From Owenia fusiformis (Eukaryota), in the NCBI GenBank assembly GCA_903813345.2, contig CAIIXF020000001.1, positions 17,422,001-17,486,000 on the forward strand: a stretch of DNA of 64,000 nt. The letters run 5' to 3'. Both the position numbers and the translations under genes were made by a program. The notes under the pieces were generated by a model. That model had not been told where the DNA came from and did not search any database. It saw only the letters and a list, made by a program, of their open reading frames with translations. Shown here piece after piece: positions 13,401 to 24,450 of the stretch; position 1 is the stretch's first letter, and the number at the start of each line of letters is the position of its first letter.

Positions 13401-14457
13401 GCAGGCTCCAGGACGTAAACCTACTAATTTTACATGGACGATGCTAGTAATATATTTTCTGCAAGCTAAGCAAGTTCTGCCATCTATTGAAATACTGGCA
13501 AGTCTTGCAGGTATGTGTTGGTTCATAAGATGATCAAGTGACGTGAACAATTTGTCTGTTGATTTGATTGGATTTTCTGAATATCATACATTGTAGACCT
13601 GTTTCAAACTAAATATTTAGATTTTTTATTTCCATTGACCTTGAAATGAATTTAAAGAGTTAATATTAAATGACCTAATTTTAACATATATGATAGTTAG
13701 TATTAAGCAAAAATGATTGTTCATGACCATTTAAAAATAGGGTCCAGAGGAGGGTGAGGCAGGTGCAGGTATGACTATATCACATGCCCCCTCTTGAGCA
13801 ATGTACAATGTTCTATATGTACGATATCATCCATGATTTGTCCAATTTTTCTTTGCAGGTCCGGGAGAGAGAAAGACCATTGATGGGTATGACCGTTCAT
13901 TTTCCACAGACATACACAAATACAAACAACTTAACCTAAAAACAATGAATGTTGCATCAGTAGAAGAACTGCTCATACAATTTATGGAATTTTATGCTAA
14001 ATATGACTTTAGCAGTCAAGCACTGTCACTCAGAACAGGGACCAGCTACACTAAGGAATCAATGTCACCTATGTACATAGAAAACCCATTTGAACCAGAT
14101 AGGAATGTTAGCAAAAATGTTTCAATGGAGGAAATAGTGCATATTCAAAAAGCCTGTGCTAAATCTGTGCCGGACTTAAAAAACAGCTATAAGTTGAAAA
14201 AATTAGACCAACGATGGGGACTCATAAATCTGTTGTCTTCTCAATCTCATCCACCGTTGGATATCAGATTCAAAGTGCAAGATTTACTTACAGAGGACTT
14301 TGATTCAGAAGATGGGAATGTCACCTCAGAAAGTGAAAAACCTAGTCATTCAAAGCTTGAAAGTGACCCACAAGCCAATGAGTACTCTTTAGATGAAAAT
14401 AAAGACAATTTAGATCATTCTGTTGAAGACAGTAGGAAAGGTACCATAAAATCATAG
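1281..14457 (+). CDS. MTPAP: Mitochondrial poly(A) polymerase (PAPD1), 7 exons, about 617 aa; join(1281..1461,3063..3226,3725..3988,11942..12145,12490..12707,13287..13510,13859..14457)
   Basis: All introns are GT-AG with compatible phases (1,0,0,0,2,1), giving 1854 nt = 618 codons. Features: presequence-like N-terminus (MAAPWVWHANLDFLRLFRQCWR), RL-domain-like segment (RRQARCSILVQ...DYTLIEF), nucleotidyltransferase motif PFGSCVNGFGQRLCDLDM, VPIIKF...DCDLS, DPRVQPLVFTIRSWAK, TNFTWTMLVIYFLQ, and PAP-associated MYIENPFEPDRNVSKNVS. Confidence 0.93.
2296..2613. mobile_element. TTAA-flanked MITE (Kolobok/piggyBac-like) in MTPAP intron 1
   Basis: ttaaggttcagctggaaagtagcattttgg... versus ...ccaaaatgttactttccagctgtaccttaa; roughly 65-bp TIRs. 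Confidence 0.85.
3063..3226 (+). CDS. MTPAP: MTPAP exon 2
   Basis: ttttacag| acceptor; GRLSGFQARQDHLRRQARCSILVQVPSK...SNSK; donor AAG|gtaggg. Confidence 0.85.
3725..3988 (+). CDS. MTPAP: MTPAP exon 3
   Basis: cctgtag| acceptor; DYTLIEFADESSV...IPVQTRLMFY...QGAKN; donor AAT|gtaaga. Confidence 0.88.
4224..5807. mobile_element. Non-autonomous mariner-like element, TA-flanked, long TIRs
   Basis: tacgaggggtgatcaataagtaatgga... versus ...tccattacttattgatcacccctcgta; inverted arms about 200 bp. Confidence 0.88.
4766..5261. mobile_element. TACTGT...ACAGTA MITE (Tc1/mariner/pogo-type) nested in 4224-5807
   Basis: tactgtagattgggttaatttggcgc ... gcgccaaattaacccaatctacagta; second copy at 47815-48154. 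Confidence 0.9.
5865..11504. mobile_element. About 5.6-kb non-coding element with roughly 225-bp near-identical TIRs in MTPAP intron 3
   Basis: 5865-6090 (aaaggagcatgtaagatatggc...) is the reverse complement of about 11279-11504 with few mismatches; no clean TSD; no transposase ORF. Confidence 0.75.
7095..8560. repeat. Long imperfect palindrome (foldback)
   Basis: 7390-7680 mirrors 7805-8105; more degenerate arms extend outward (7258-7285 versus 8384-8410). Confidence 0.8.
11942..12145 (+). CDS. MTPAP: MTPAP exon 4 (catalytic GS...DxD motif)
   Basis: tttgcag| acceptor; ISQQMSMLYKQERLTELGMRLRFL...PFGSCVNGFGQRLCDLDM; donor GAG|gtaata. Confidence 0.92.
12490..12707 (+). CDS. MTPAP: MTPAP exon 5
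   Basis: tttgcag| acceptor; ...HASVPIIKFYSRALDIDCDLSMGN; donor AG|gtaggt. Confidence 0.92.
13287..13510 (+). CDS. MTPAP: MTPAP exon 6
   Basis: tttcag| acceptor; SGLYMSELLWFLGEIDPRVQPLVFTIRSWAK...LASLA; donor CAG|gtatgt. Confidence 0.92.
13859..14457 (+). CDS. MTPAP: MTPAP exon 7 (PAP-associated domain, acidic tail, stop)
   Basis: ctttgcag| acceptor; ELLIQFMEFYAKYDF...IENPFEPDRNVSKNVS...WGLINLL; ends TAG. Confidence 0.92.
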
Positions 14458-15331
14458 CTATGTATTCAGTATAGGAAATGACCGGATACCAGAGAATACT
14501 TATTTTGAGTAGCAAGTTGCTTGTTCTCGTAAGTAAAGATTTTAGTGCGACATTTGTTTCATAGAAGAATTAAAGGATGGACAATGTGTTACATATACAT
14601 GTACAGTGTACAGTACTGTATCTGTCTTGTTTTAAGTCTGTCATTTGTTATACGAACCAACACAATCTGGCTGTTATTTATTAAAATTACAAGTTCAAAT
14701 CTGACTTTAGATTTGAGATATGACCTCCAATGGCCTTTTTCTAGGTAAAAAAGGTCAAAAGGTCTTATTCAACTTGCTTCAAATTGACAAATTATTTTTT
14801 CAAAATCAGTACACACTCTAAGAAATTCAAATCTGACTCTCTCAAGGTCAAAAAATGTATTTTTCAACTAGCTTCAAATTGACTAGTTTTTTCTCCAAGA
14901 TTAGCTAAGTTATCAGAAGTTCAGATCTGATTTGAACTTATGATATTGTGAGCAACTTGGTGGTGACATTTTGTCATGCTAATACCTTGTATTATGTTAT
15001 TGGATGGAGGTTTTTAATTGTGAAAACACGTCCATCCTTCTTCAAAGGACTTCATTTATGCTCACATTCATATGGAAAGAAGTGAAATACCCTTGGACCA
15101 AGGATGGAACACGTCCATTGTTATTGTTAAATATTTATACAACTATCACTACATTGCAATAAATATAGTTAATTCAAAAATTCAAATTTTTGTTATTGTT
15201 ATCTGTCAAAATGATACAATAATTAATATTGATTCAAAATTAGCTTCTTGTACATACAAATTCCTCCATACGACTATGTTTGAGGTACAGTACCTGTGGA
15301 CATAATATTTTCCTTATAAAAAATGAAACTT

Positions 15332-15683
15332 TAAATAAAGAACATGTACCTTGGAAAGTATCAATGCTGATCATGTACAATTCTAGTGATAGTTCGCGCA
15401 AGTATTTCAATATACAAGAAACATTGATCTGGGGGCCCACTTTAAGGCCTCAAAAAGGCTTTCGGTCATTACTGAGCCTTCCAAGGCCTTATTTTTTAAT
15501 TCCAGGCCAAATTTTGAAGAAAATGGGCTTCAAAATTTGGATCCACTTTTTGGTTTTAGGGGCCCAAATTTTTTTCCGTGCAAGTTTCTCTGACCTGATA
15601 TTTGCCCACCTCCCCCCCTCTTTGGTTCCCAGATCCCCCCCCCCCCTGATTCTCATCTTGCCAATCAGTCCAATTACCTATCG
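15332..15683 (+). repeat. 352-bp inverted repeat, left copy
   Basis: Reverse complement of 18565-18916; the ORF track gives the same peptide on both strands. Confidence 0.92.
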
Positions 15684-15851
15684 CATGGGGATATTGTATT
15701 GTATATAATTATCTAGTAAATATGGTTACTATAGTTTTAATAAATACGTTTACAGTGAGTCGACCGAGGTGATCAGCAGTTTTTACTTTGACATAATTAA
15801 TATGCATAGAGAATTTCGTGATTCAAAACAAGCAGTCATCAAATAGAAACC

Positions 15852-15914
15852 ATGAGTTTGGTCCAAAAAATATGTGGTTCAGCATCGAACCTCCTTTTTA
15901 ATCCATCTAGACAG
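15852..15914 (+). CDS. MRPS14: MRPS14 exon 1 (inferred)
   Basis: aaaccATGagt start, 21 open codons, consensus donor CAG|gtaagt in phase 0 matching exon 2; no homology support for this exon. Confidence 0.7.
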
Positions 15915-18900
15915 GTAAGTGCTTTAAATATACAAGCGGATATGAGTTAAGTACTTAGGAGTGCTCGAGAAATGTACTAAAATCCCGTTTGATGCTTAAG
16001 ATGATGAGCATTCCATGTCTAAACGTATAATTTCTTAAAGTTCGCATATTATCGCCCATGATGAAATAGGGTTCAAAGATGACGTACGTTTAAAATGTAA
16101 ATCTGTATATGTATGGTTACATTATACTGCAATGATCTAAAATATTTATTGAAGGAACGAGTATATGGTAAATATTATATTGTGACTGTACAGATTGATG
16201 ATTTATATATGTTCGTTTGGATTTGCTACTCCGTGGAGCTGCCATTTTCTAGAGTTACATTTTGATTTTGTAACATGATCCTTGACACATCACATATAAT
16301 GTCACATTTAACATTAATTATCCCAACGAACAAAGTTCGGTAGGGATAAAGTGAAGCCCTCCGTCTGTCAGTCCGTCAGTCCGTCAGTCAGTCCGTCAGT
16401 CAGTCCGTCAGTCAGTCCGTCAGTCAGTCCGTCAGTCCGTCCGTCCGTCCGGAAGATAACTCAAATACGAGTTGACGGATTTTCTTCATATTTAGTGGAA
16501 AGATGTATATTGGTGAAAAGTTGTATGCAAAAAAAAAAAATTTCAAGATGGCCGCCGCTTTAAAAATGATGGGACTTTTTCGAAAAACCATAAATTTTTC
16601 ATTCTAAACCAAAGTAATTCATATTATTGTTTGAAATTTTGGAAGTATATTCGCAACATCTATCTATTTCACATATATTCCGTGTTTTTCATCCTGACCC
16701 CCAGGGGCCGTGTATGGGGGGTCAGGAAAACAGTAATTTTCGCTAATTTTTAGATCTTTCTGAAGTGTAGCTTTATTATACTCAAATGAAAGGCAATTAA
16801 GAGTAGATTGCAAATATTGTATCTTTTTTCTGATTCGAGCCTCGTAAAATTCAAAATGGCCGTCTAATGTACGATTTCGCAATAATTTTTCGATCCCTTC
16901 AAAGTATGGCTATATTATACTCAAATTGAAGGAATTTTGGAGTGGATCACAATTATGGTATTATTCTTCAGATTTGAACCTCAGAAAATTCAAAATGGCT
17001 GCTTTGCAGGAATTCGCAATTCTAAAATCTAAATTTTTCAATTTTAACCAAAGTAATGAGTATAATTGATTGGAATTCGGTAATTGATATTTTGTTCGTT
17101 GGGATTTGCTACTCCGCGGAGTTGCCATTGTCTAGTTAGGAATCTTTAATCCTGAGCATATCACTTCTGCGAACGATACAAGCTTTATAATTATATCCAG
17201 CACACTAGGTCTAAACAACAATAAAAATTTACATTGTGTTCAAACTTCCCCAAATATACAGGGTGTCAAAAAACAATGGCACCCCCCTCCCAGCAAAAAG
17301 TACTTAATGTTACATGATGTGTCATATCTTTAATTACATGTATTCTAAAGACAATTCTTGAGTTACCTGAGAAATTTCAGCTTTATATCATGTACTATTT
17401 TTTTCATGGCCTGAGTTCGTCGCTAACATGCTAAATACAAGAGTTAGCTGATGTTTGGGAGTCTGACTTACCTTCTAAAGGTTAGAACCCGAATTTTAAT
17501 GAAACCATATCACCTTTGTTCCGTCAACCATGGAGCATTTGCCACAACATCCAAGAGGTAAATCATGGACCGTGAAAATGAATGATTTCCTTGTAAGTTC
17601 GGGAAGTTTCAATACGAAAAATTACCGAACATATGTGAAAACCGAATATTTGTTCGTTGTTTTCACGATTTACAGGTTCGTTTGTTCTCCAATGTTTTGG
17701 TCTAAATTATAAAGCATCACCAACAGGTCTTACTCTATTAATCGACTAATACAGCAGATGGCTCATATTTCTACGTAGCATTTCGTTCAGACCAATAGTG
17801 GAAGTGTAGATCACGCAGTTTCGTTCGTTGCGTACTTCACTTGAAATTGCTAATTTTAAATATTGGCTACTTCACTTAGCTTGGCGGATGTAGAACATTG
17901 CTTAATATTCTTTTAATTTTCACACCAGACATGCTTGGTTGACACGTCAACAAAGTAAAGTTCAAGGGTCAATGCGTTATTTTGTGAAAACTACAACGCC
18001 TTCCCGGAAGTCAACATTGATGAAAAATGAAAAGTCGGAAAAGCATTTACATTAATTTATATCAAATGCTGTGTTTATGCATCATCATCGACGCAACAAA
18101 GGTGATATGGTTTCATTAAGATTCGGGTTCTAACCTTTAGAAGGTAAGTCAGACTCCCAAACGTCAGCTAACTCTTATATGTAGCATGTTAGCGACGAAC
18201 TCAGGCCATGAAAAAATAGTAATTTTACAGATTTACAGCTGATTCTTAGTAGTTTGTATGGCCACCAGCTGCTGCTCGAACTGCAGCTTACATGTATCTG
18301 GTTGGATATGAGTTCAATAAAAAGTCAAAAAAAGGTGTAGCATTGCATAATCCTCTTCTCACTTTCCTCACATTCTTCAGAATTACATCCTTAAAGTGTC
18401 TGTGCGATGCTCATGGGGTTAAAATTCAGTTTATACATGTTTTAAATGAAGTAAACAGCACTTAAAAGTCAAACCATGTACTGTTCTTGTAAATCTTTCA
18501 ATAAATGTGAATTTTGATGTTCAAAATCGGGGGGGGTAATTGGATAGAACAATCGATAATTAATCGATAGGTAATTGGACTGATTGGCAAGATGAGAATC
18601 AGGGGGGGGGGGGATCTGGGAACCAAAGAGGGGGGGAGGTGGGCAAATATCAGGTCAGAGAAACTTGCACGGAAAAAAATTTGGGCCCCTAAAACCAAAA
18701 AGTGGATCCAAATTTTGAAGCCCATTTTCTTCAAAATTTGGCCTGGAATTAAAAAATAAGGCCTTGGAAGGCTCAGTAATGACCGAAAGCCTTTTTGAGG
18801 CCTTAAAGTGGGCCCCCAGATCAATGTTTCTTGTATATTGAAATACTTGCGCGAACTATCACTAGAATTGTACATGATCAGCATTGATACTTTCCAAGGT

Positions 18901-21900
18901 ACATGTTCTTTATTTATGTCAATAGTATACTTTGTAGGTAATTAACAAAGGAGATCATTAATCATGACACTATACATGTAGTACAAACAAAAGAAAGCAG
19001 ATTTGCACATTATTTGTTAATAAATTAAAAGTTTATTCAGTGAACCTAATCAATTACTGACCTGTTATACTTTTACCAGTCAAAATGGAACATGGGTAAT
19101 ATTCTGTATAATTAGATGGCCAGACTAATGGTATACGGACAATAACAAAATGGAAGTGAATAAAAATTCAGTTTTCAGGGTCATTTTGTTATTTTAAAAA
19201 CAGGTAAATGTGACATGTAATCATAAAACCATATACGAGGCCCGATCAGAAAGTAAGTAACCAACTGCTCTTATTTCTTCATACTTTATTCAATCACATT
19301 GAAATTTTCACAGATGATGTAGAAAATATTAACCTATTAAAGAAGACCAAGGACAATGGGTTAGCGTCAATTCCATTGTTATTGCTGTTTCTATGGTGAC
19401 AATTGTTTTGGGTAGGTGGGGCACCCTGTTTTAAGTGGCGTTTGAGATAATTTGTAGAGTTGTTCTACATGTTGTAATACCTCCAAATATATCAAATTCA
19501 AATGTGAGACTACATTTTAACACATAGTCCTTCAAATGAATTGCCATCAAAGTCGATGCAGTTGAGGCAATGCTTCACTCCGTCCTTAAAGAAGTGCAAT
19601 ATAGCGCCATTCAGTGACTGCAAACTGCTATTGAAAGCTTTAATGATGGCCTTATTTCTGTCCAAACGGACTCTCCATAACAACATCTTTGCATTTGGAA
19701 AGAATATAGTCACGTGGAGACAGGTCTGGGGAATAGTGAGCCTGGGGTAGTTGTGTGGCCATGGAAAAGGCTATATCTACTGTATCTTTGGTAATGTTGG
19801 CTCTATGGAGGTGCACCATTGTCATCATGCCAGTAAAATCCCCCTTGAACAACATTTGACTGGATTGAAACTGTGACTGAATCATGACCATCATTGTGAC
19901 AGATATACCCTCGATATCTTTGTGTCGATGACTTATAAATGAGGCAATGGAGCGTAGTAACTTACCATTGTGATAATACATAAAACAAATTATTCAGTCT
20001 TGCATAAAAAATATAAGGTCGTTTGGAGGAATATGGCATGTAAAAAACTTAACAAACCATCTTCAAAAGCCGCTTACAAAAAGGGTGCCTCGCCTACCCA
20101 AAACAATCATCACTATAGCAACAGCTATAACAATGGCATTGACGCTAACCCATTGTCCTTGGTCTTCTTTAATAGGTTAATATTTTCTACATCATCTGTG
20201 AAAAATTCAATGTGATTGAATGAAGTATGAAAAAATGAGAGCAGTTGGTTACCTACTTTCTGATCGGGCCTCGTAAAAGCAAGTATAAAGTTCTTAAAAC
20301 AAGATTCTTAAAATCCTTACTTGCTCAAGGTCACATTACCGCAAATTTGTCAAATCTTCATCAGAACACCTCAAACAAACATATTATGCAATAAAACATT
20401 GTATATACTCCAAAACAACCCCCTCTTGGCTTTCTTATAGACTATAACTATTAACGTGATTTTCACTCCTTTTCAAAGCTTTAATACAGCATGTTGCTGT
20501 GAATATACATGTACAACACTGATTTTAATTACACACTTGGAGTGGATATTCATCTTTCATTCCATATTAAATAAATAAATATATGTCATAAATATATGTT
20601 GGATGGTATTGAGACATTCATTGTGACATTTGTTTTGGCGAATTCCTAACAACGGCCAAATACTTTCACTTTCGTTATTAGAGCACTTTCACATTTGATT
20701 AGAAAGCAAAAGTGTATTTATTGTATTTAATTGATGACAATGAATCTAATTGATGATATTCTTCAAAAAACTCATTTTTATTGTTTTCTAAGCCTTTGAT
20801 AATATACATCCTTTAAGAGCTCAATATATGAAAACTATTAATTTATGAGTGAATCTGGAAAATCCTTGTGTGACTGATGCAATGTTGATGTCCACTGCAA
20901 GCATACTTTGATATAGTATTATATTATATTGTATCTTCCTTTCTATCTAGGTGTTCAAAAGTGCATTTGGGGAAAATGTTCTGAACAAATTAACATCCTG
21001 TGAGCAACAGCAAGTACGTACACGTTGGCCTGATTGGAAGATGATAAGAGACAATAAAAGACGAAAACTTGTTGTGGAATACTATCCAAGAAGAGTTCGT
21101 CTAAATTGCATCAGGAAAAATACCATATTACCAACAGAATTAAAGGTAATTTTTGTGGGTGGGGGCAGTTTTATGTTGTTTTTGAATTGTAATCCATTCA
21201 GTCTAGTTTTACTGTACTAGAATATGGATCCCTGAGCCCACAAACCATTCAGTGTTTGGTTTCACAGGATTAAAATAATTTGACTGTACTCAGATGTGAA
21301 TTCTAAAAATATTAAATCCTCCATTTGAGAATTTGGAAAACCCTGTCTTTAGTCTTAATTTATTGAAATTTAGTATCAATGTACAAATGTGGTTAAAAAA
21401 AGTACTGTACGCCCGGTATTATTCGCAAGATTTAATTTCGCGAATTTTGCGAAAACACGATTTCGCGGCTATTAAATTTTGCCAATTTCACAAGTTTGAA
21501 ATTCATTACTATTCCAGGAATTCTCGAGCTACTCGTGTGTAAATTAAGTTAGATGTACAGTAATTGCACTTACCTGATGTCATATTTGGATGAGATTTAC
21601 AATAACTGGGATCTTTATCATCGGCAAGCTGCATATCAACCTCTATTGCATCGTCATTTTTAATATTAAAGCAAAAGTGCGTGGCTCCCATAATAACTTT
21701 ACTGTACTTCATACTGTATTTTATCGTATTCGGGGATTCCCCAGTATATGATGTCCAATCAAATTGCAGACTACGATCACGTGAACAATCGTGCGCATGT
21801 GCTCTTTCATTGCCGCGCATAGTAAAGTCATGGAGTTGCACAGTACTATTGAAGTACTATAACTCGATCCAAACTAGTAGAGAAAACTCATAAAGCAACA

Positions 21901-24450
21901 CAAAATGAAATGCATCAGAGCCCCGGGTAAAAACAAATTCCCGGTGATTTAAATGGCAATTTCGCGACGATAATTTTTCGCGATTTTAACACCCTCGCAA
22001 AAAGCTCGAAACTAAATCGCACGCGAATAATACCGGGCATACAGTATTTTGAACTCTTACTATGACAGAAAAAGTTTAGGATCAGCTGTGGCTTCTGAAA
22101 TTAATATTCCTTTGTGATAAAATGTATTGTCCCCCAGCAAATTGTTATTCCATCGAACAAAGTTCCGAGCGATAGGGAACGCCTCCGTCCGTCCGTCTGT
22201 CTGGGCAATAACTCATACCATGGCCCGATTTTGTTCATATTTTGTACACATATACCCTATGGGGGTAGAAGTTCTGCTCAAAATTTTCAAAATAGCTGCT
22301 CATTGAAAAATGGCGGCCATTTTAGTGCCGATTTTACAGTAAGTTAGGTGCAATATGTATAACTGTAATAGTAATATGTTTAAAATGTAAAAATATAGAA
22401 CATTAATAAAGCTAGAAATGTAGATATTAAAGAAGCACATGGCAGCCATCTTGAAAAATGACAGCCTTTACTCGTTATTTTATGATTTTTGCTGTAGCTT
22501 GAAAAGTAGAGCTATTTTATTCATATTTGGTATGTGAATACTATAAGCATGGCACACTGTCTATACTATAACTCGAAAATTAGTGGAGCGATGGCACACT
22601 GTCTAATGACACTTTTGGTAGAAGGTGGCCATTTTGAAAAATGGCCACCATTTCAACATATTTTACTATAACTCGAAAAGTAGTTGAGCAATTTTGTTCA
22701 TATTTGGTATGTGAATACTATAAGCATGGCACTTTGTCTAATGACACTTTTGGTACAAGGTGGCCATTTTGAAAAATGGCCACCATTTATAGCTCACATG
22801 GTGAGCTCACTAGTCTGTCTGTCTGTCTGTCCATCCATCCGTCCCTCCATCCATAAACAATAGTGGCATGTTTTAAGACCTCCGTCGATAGGATTCCTGT
22901 TTTAAGAAATCTTTGTTCAACATCAATACAGAAAACTCTCCTATGACTCCTGGTTCAAAAGCTCGCCTATTTTCAAGATGGCTGTCATTTTTGTCTCGCG
23001 AAATTCACTTTTGTCCCATTTCCTAGCTTTACAAATAATTTCAGGTGTCCTGCATTGTAAAAAGCCATGGCAGTGTGAAGAGTAGTTGTATGAAATGATT
23101 TTGTAACAAAACATCAGCAACAAGTTATATCCATTTTTTTATTTTCAGCCATTCTAGTTAACATTGATTTGTCAATCTGTCTTGCAAAATCCACTTTTGG
23201 ACCATTTGCCTTAAATCCTCTGTCAATAGGGTTCCTGTTTTAAGTTATTTTTGTTCAACATCAATACAAAAAACTCCCCTATGACTCCTGGTTCAAAAGC
23301 TCGCCTATTTTCAAAATAGTCGCCATTTTTGTCTCCCGAAATGCACTTTTGGCCCATTTCCTAGCTTTACAAATAATTTCAGGTGTCCTGCATTGTAAAA
23401 AGCCATGTCACTGTAAAGAGTAGTCGTATGAAATAATTTTGTTACAAAAAATCGGCAAAAAATTATATCTGTTTTTATTTTCAGCCATTTTAGTTAACAT
23501 TGATTTGTCCATCTGTCTCTCGAAATCCACTTTTGGATGATTTGCCTTAAAACCTCTGTCAGTAGGATTCCAGTTTTAAGTTATTTTTGTTCAACATCAA
23601 TTCAAAAAAACTCCCCTATGACTACTGGTTCAAAAGCTCACCTATAAAAATAATAAATAATATCCGTTTTTTTAATTTGTTGTCATTTGAGCCATCATTC
23701 ACTTTTGAGCAACACCATGTGAGCCCAGTACCCACGGTACTATTTATAACGTATTTTACTATAACTCAAAAAGTAGTGGGGTGATTTTGTTCATATTTGG
23801 TATGTGAATACTTTAAGCATGACACACTGTCTAATGACACTTTTGGTAGAAGGCGGCCATTTTGAAAAATGGCCGCCATTTTAAAGTTTTTTATGATTAC
23901 TCAAACAGTAGTGGAGCGATTTTGTTCATATTTGGTATGTGAATACTATAAGCATGGCGCACTGTCTAATGACACTTTTGGTAGAAGGCGACCATATAGA
24001 AAAATGGCCACCATTTTAACGTATTTTACTATAACTCGAACAGTAGTTGAACGATTTTGTTCATATTTGGTATGTGATACTATAAGCATGGCACATTGTC
24101 TAATGACACTTTTGTTAGAAGGTGGCCATTTTTGCTATATACTTTGTTTGTAAAATTGCCAGCCATGGCTGTTCGATGAGATTTGCTACGCATTGGCGTT
24201 GCTGTTGTCTAGTTAAATGATGGATTGTCCTTCATATGTGGGCTGATGTTATGAATGATCTTTTCAGGAAATAGCTGACAAGGAAATGAAAGATCTTCCA
24301 AAGAGGAGCGCCAATACTATGCTTACCAATCGGTGTGCTGTCACATCACGTGCAAGAGGGAGGGTAAAACGTTGGAATGTCAGCAGACTTGTCTTCAGAC
24401 ATTTAGCAGACTATAATTATTTATCAGGAGTTATAAGAGCAAAATGGTAG
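15852..24450 (+). CDS. MRPS14: Mitochondrial ribosomal protein S14 (uS14m), 3 exons, 146 aa; join(15852..15914,20951..21145,24268..24450)
   Basis: Spliced product MSLVQKICGSASNLLFNPSRQ/VFKSAF...DWKMIRDNKRRKLVVEYYPRRVRLNCIRKNTILPTELK/EIADKEMKDLPKRSANTMLTNRCAVTSRARGRVKRWNVSRLVFRHLADYNYLSGVIRAKW matches the uS14m family pattern. Both introns are phase-0 GT-AG. Confidence 0.93.
16320..17135 (+). mobile_element. Helentron-associated/DINE-1-like non-autonomous element
   Basis: Subterminal IR atcccaacgaa...ttcgttgggat, 5' hairpin, (GTCA/GTCC)n microsatellite at 16361-16450, 3' hairpin gctactccgcggagttgc, CTAG end, TT context. Confidence 0.8.
17393..18221. mobile_element. TA-flanked MITE with roughly 130-bp TIRs
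   Basis: tactattttttcatggcctgagttcgtcgc... versus ...gcgacgaactcaggccatgaaaaaatagta. Confidence 0.85.
18565..18916 (-). repeat. 352-bp inverted repeat, right copy
   Basis: Reverse complement of 15332-15683. Confidence 0.92.
19234..20275 (-). mobile_element. Internally deleted mariner element with transposase remnant
   Basis: TIRs tacgaggcccgatcagaaagta / tactttctgatcgggcctcgta; minus-strand remnant HYSPDLSPRDY plus frameshifted FFPNAK...CIDFDGNSFE (mariner YSPDL motif and C-terminus). Confidence 0.88.
20951..21145 (+). CDS. MRPS14: MRPS14 exon 2
   Basis: Pyrimidine tract and ctag| acceptor; DWKMIRDNKRRK...RKNTILP; donor AAG|gtaatt. Confidence 0.93.
21403..22046. mobile_element. TACTGT...ACAGTA MITE
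   Basis: tactgtacgcccggtattattcgc ... gcgaataataccgggcatacagta. Confidence 0.85.
22147..24212 (+). mobile_element. Helentron/DINE-1-like element with internal tandem repeats of about 125 bp
   Basis: catcgaac...gttcgatg subterminal IR, (GTCC/GTCT)n, repeats of 'atttggtatgtgaatactataagcatggcacactgtctaatgacactttt', 3' hairpin and CTAG. Confidence 0.78.
22788..23743 (+). mobile_element. Second DINE-1/HINE-like element nested in 22147-24212, with a tandem repeat of about 340 bp
   Basis: gctcacatgg...ccatgtgagc subterminal IR, (GTCT)n(CCAT)n microsatellite, 3' hairpin agtacccacggtact, inserted in a T-run of the host repeat. Confidence 0.8.
24268..24450 (+). CDS. MRPS14: MRPS14 exon 3
   Basis: ttttcag| acceptor; NRCAVTSRARG...SRLVFRHLAD...LSGVIRAKW*; absent from the ORF track and read directly from the sequence. 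Confidence 0.95.
   Translation, partial: EIADKEMKDLPKRSANTMLTNRCAVTSRARGRVKRWNVSRLVFRHLADYNYLSGVIRAKW

Noticed and set aside
12984..13418. 144-aa ORF in the MTPAP intron 5 / exon 6 region
   Set aside because: Begins inside a hairpin repeat element and overlaps the real exon out of frame.
15280..15708. 142-aa ORF with a twin at 18498-18884
   Set aside because: The twin arises from the inverted repeat; no recognisable domain or splice structure.
16351..16563. ORF with (VSPS)n repeats
   Set aside because: Translation of the GTCA/GTCC microsatellite in a DINE-1-like element.
18066..18101. Alternative first exon for MRPS14 (ATGCTGTGTTTATGC...AAG|gtgata)
   Set aside because: Lies within a MITE and its donor falls in the terminal inverted repeat; the 15852-15914 candidate has a better start context and a consensus donor.
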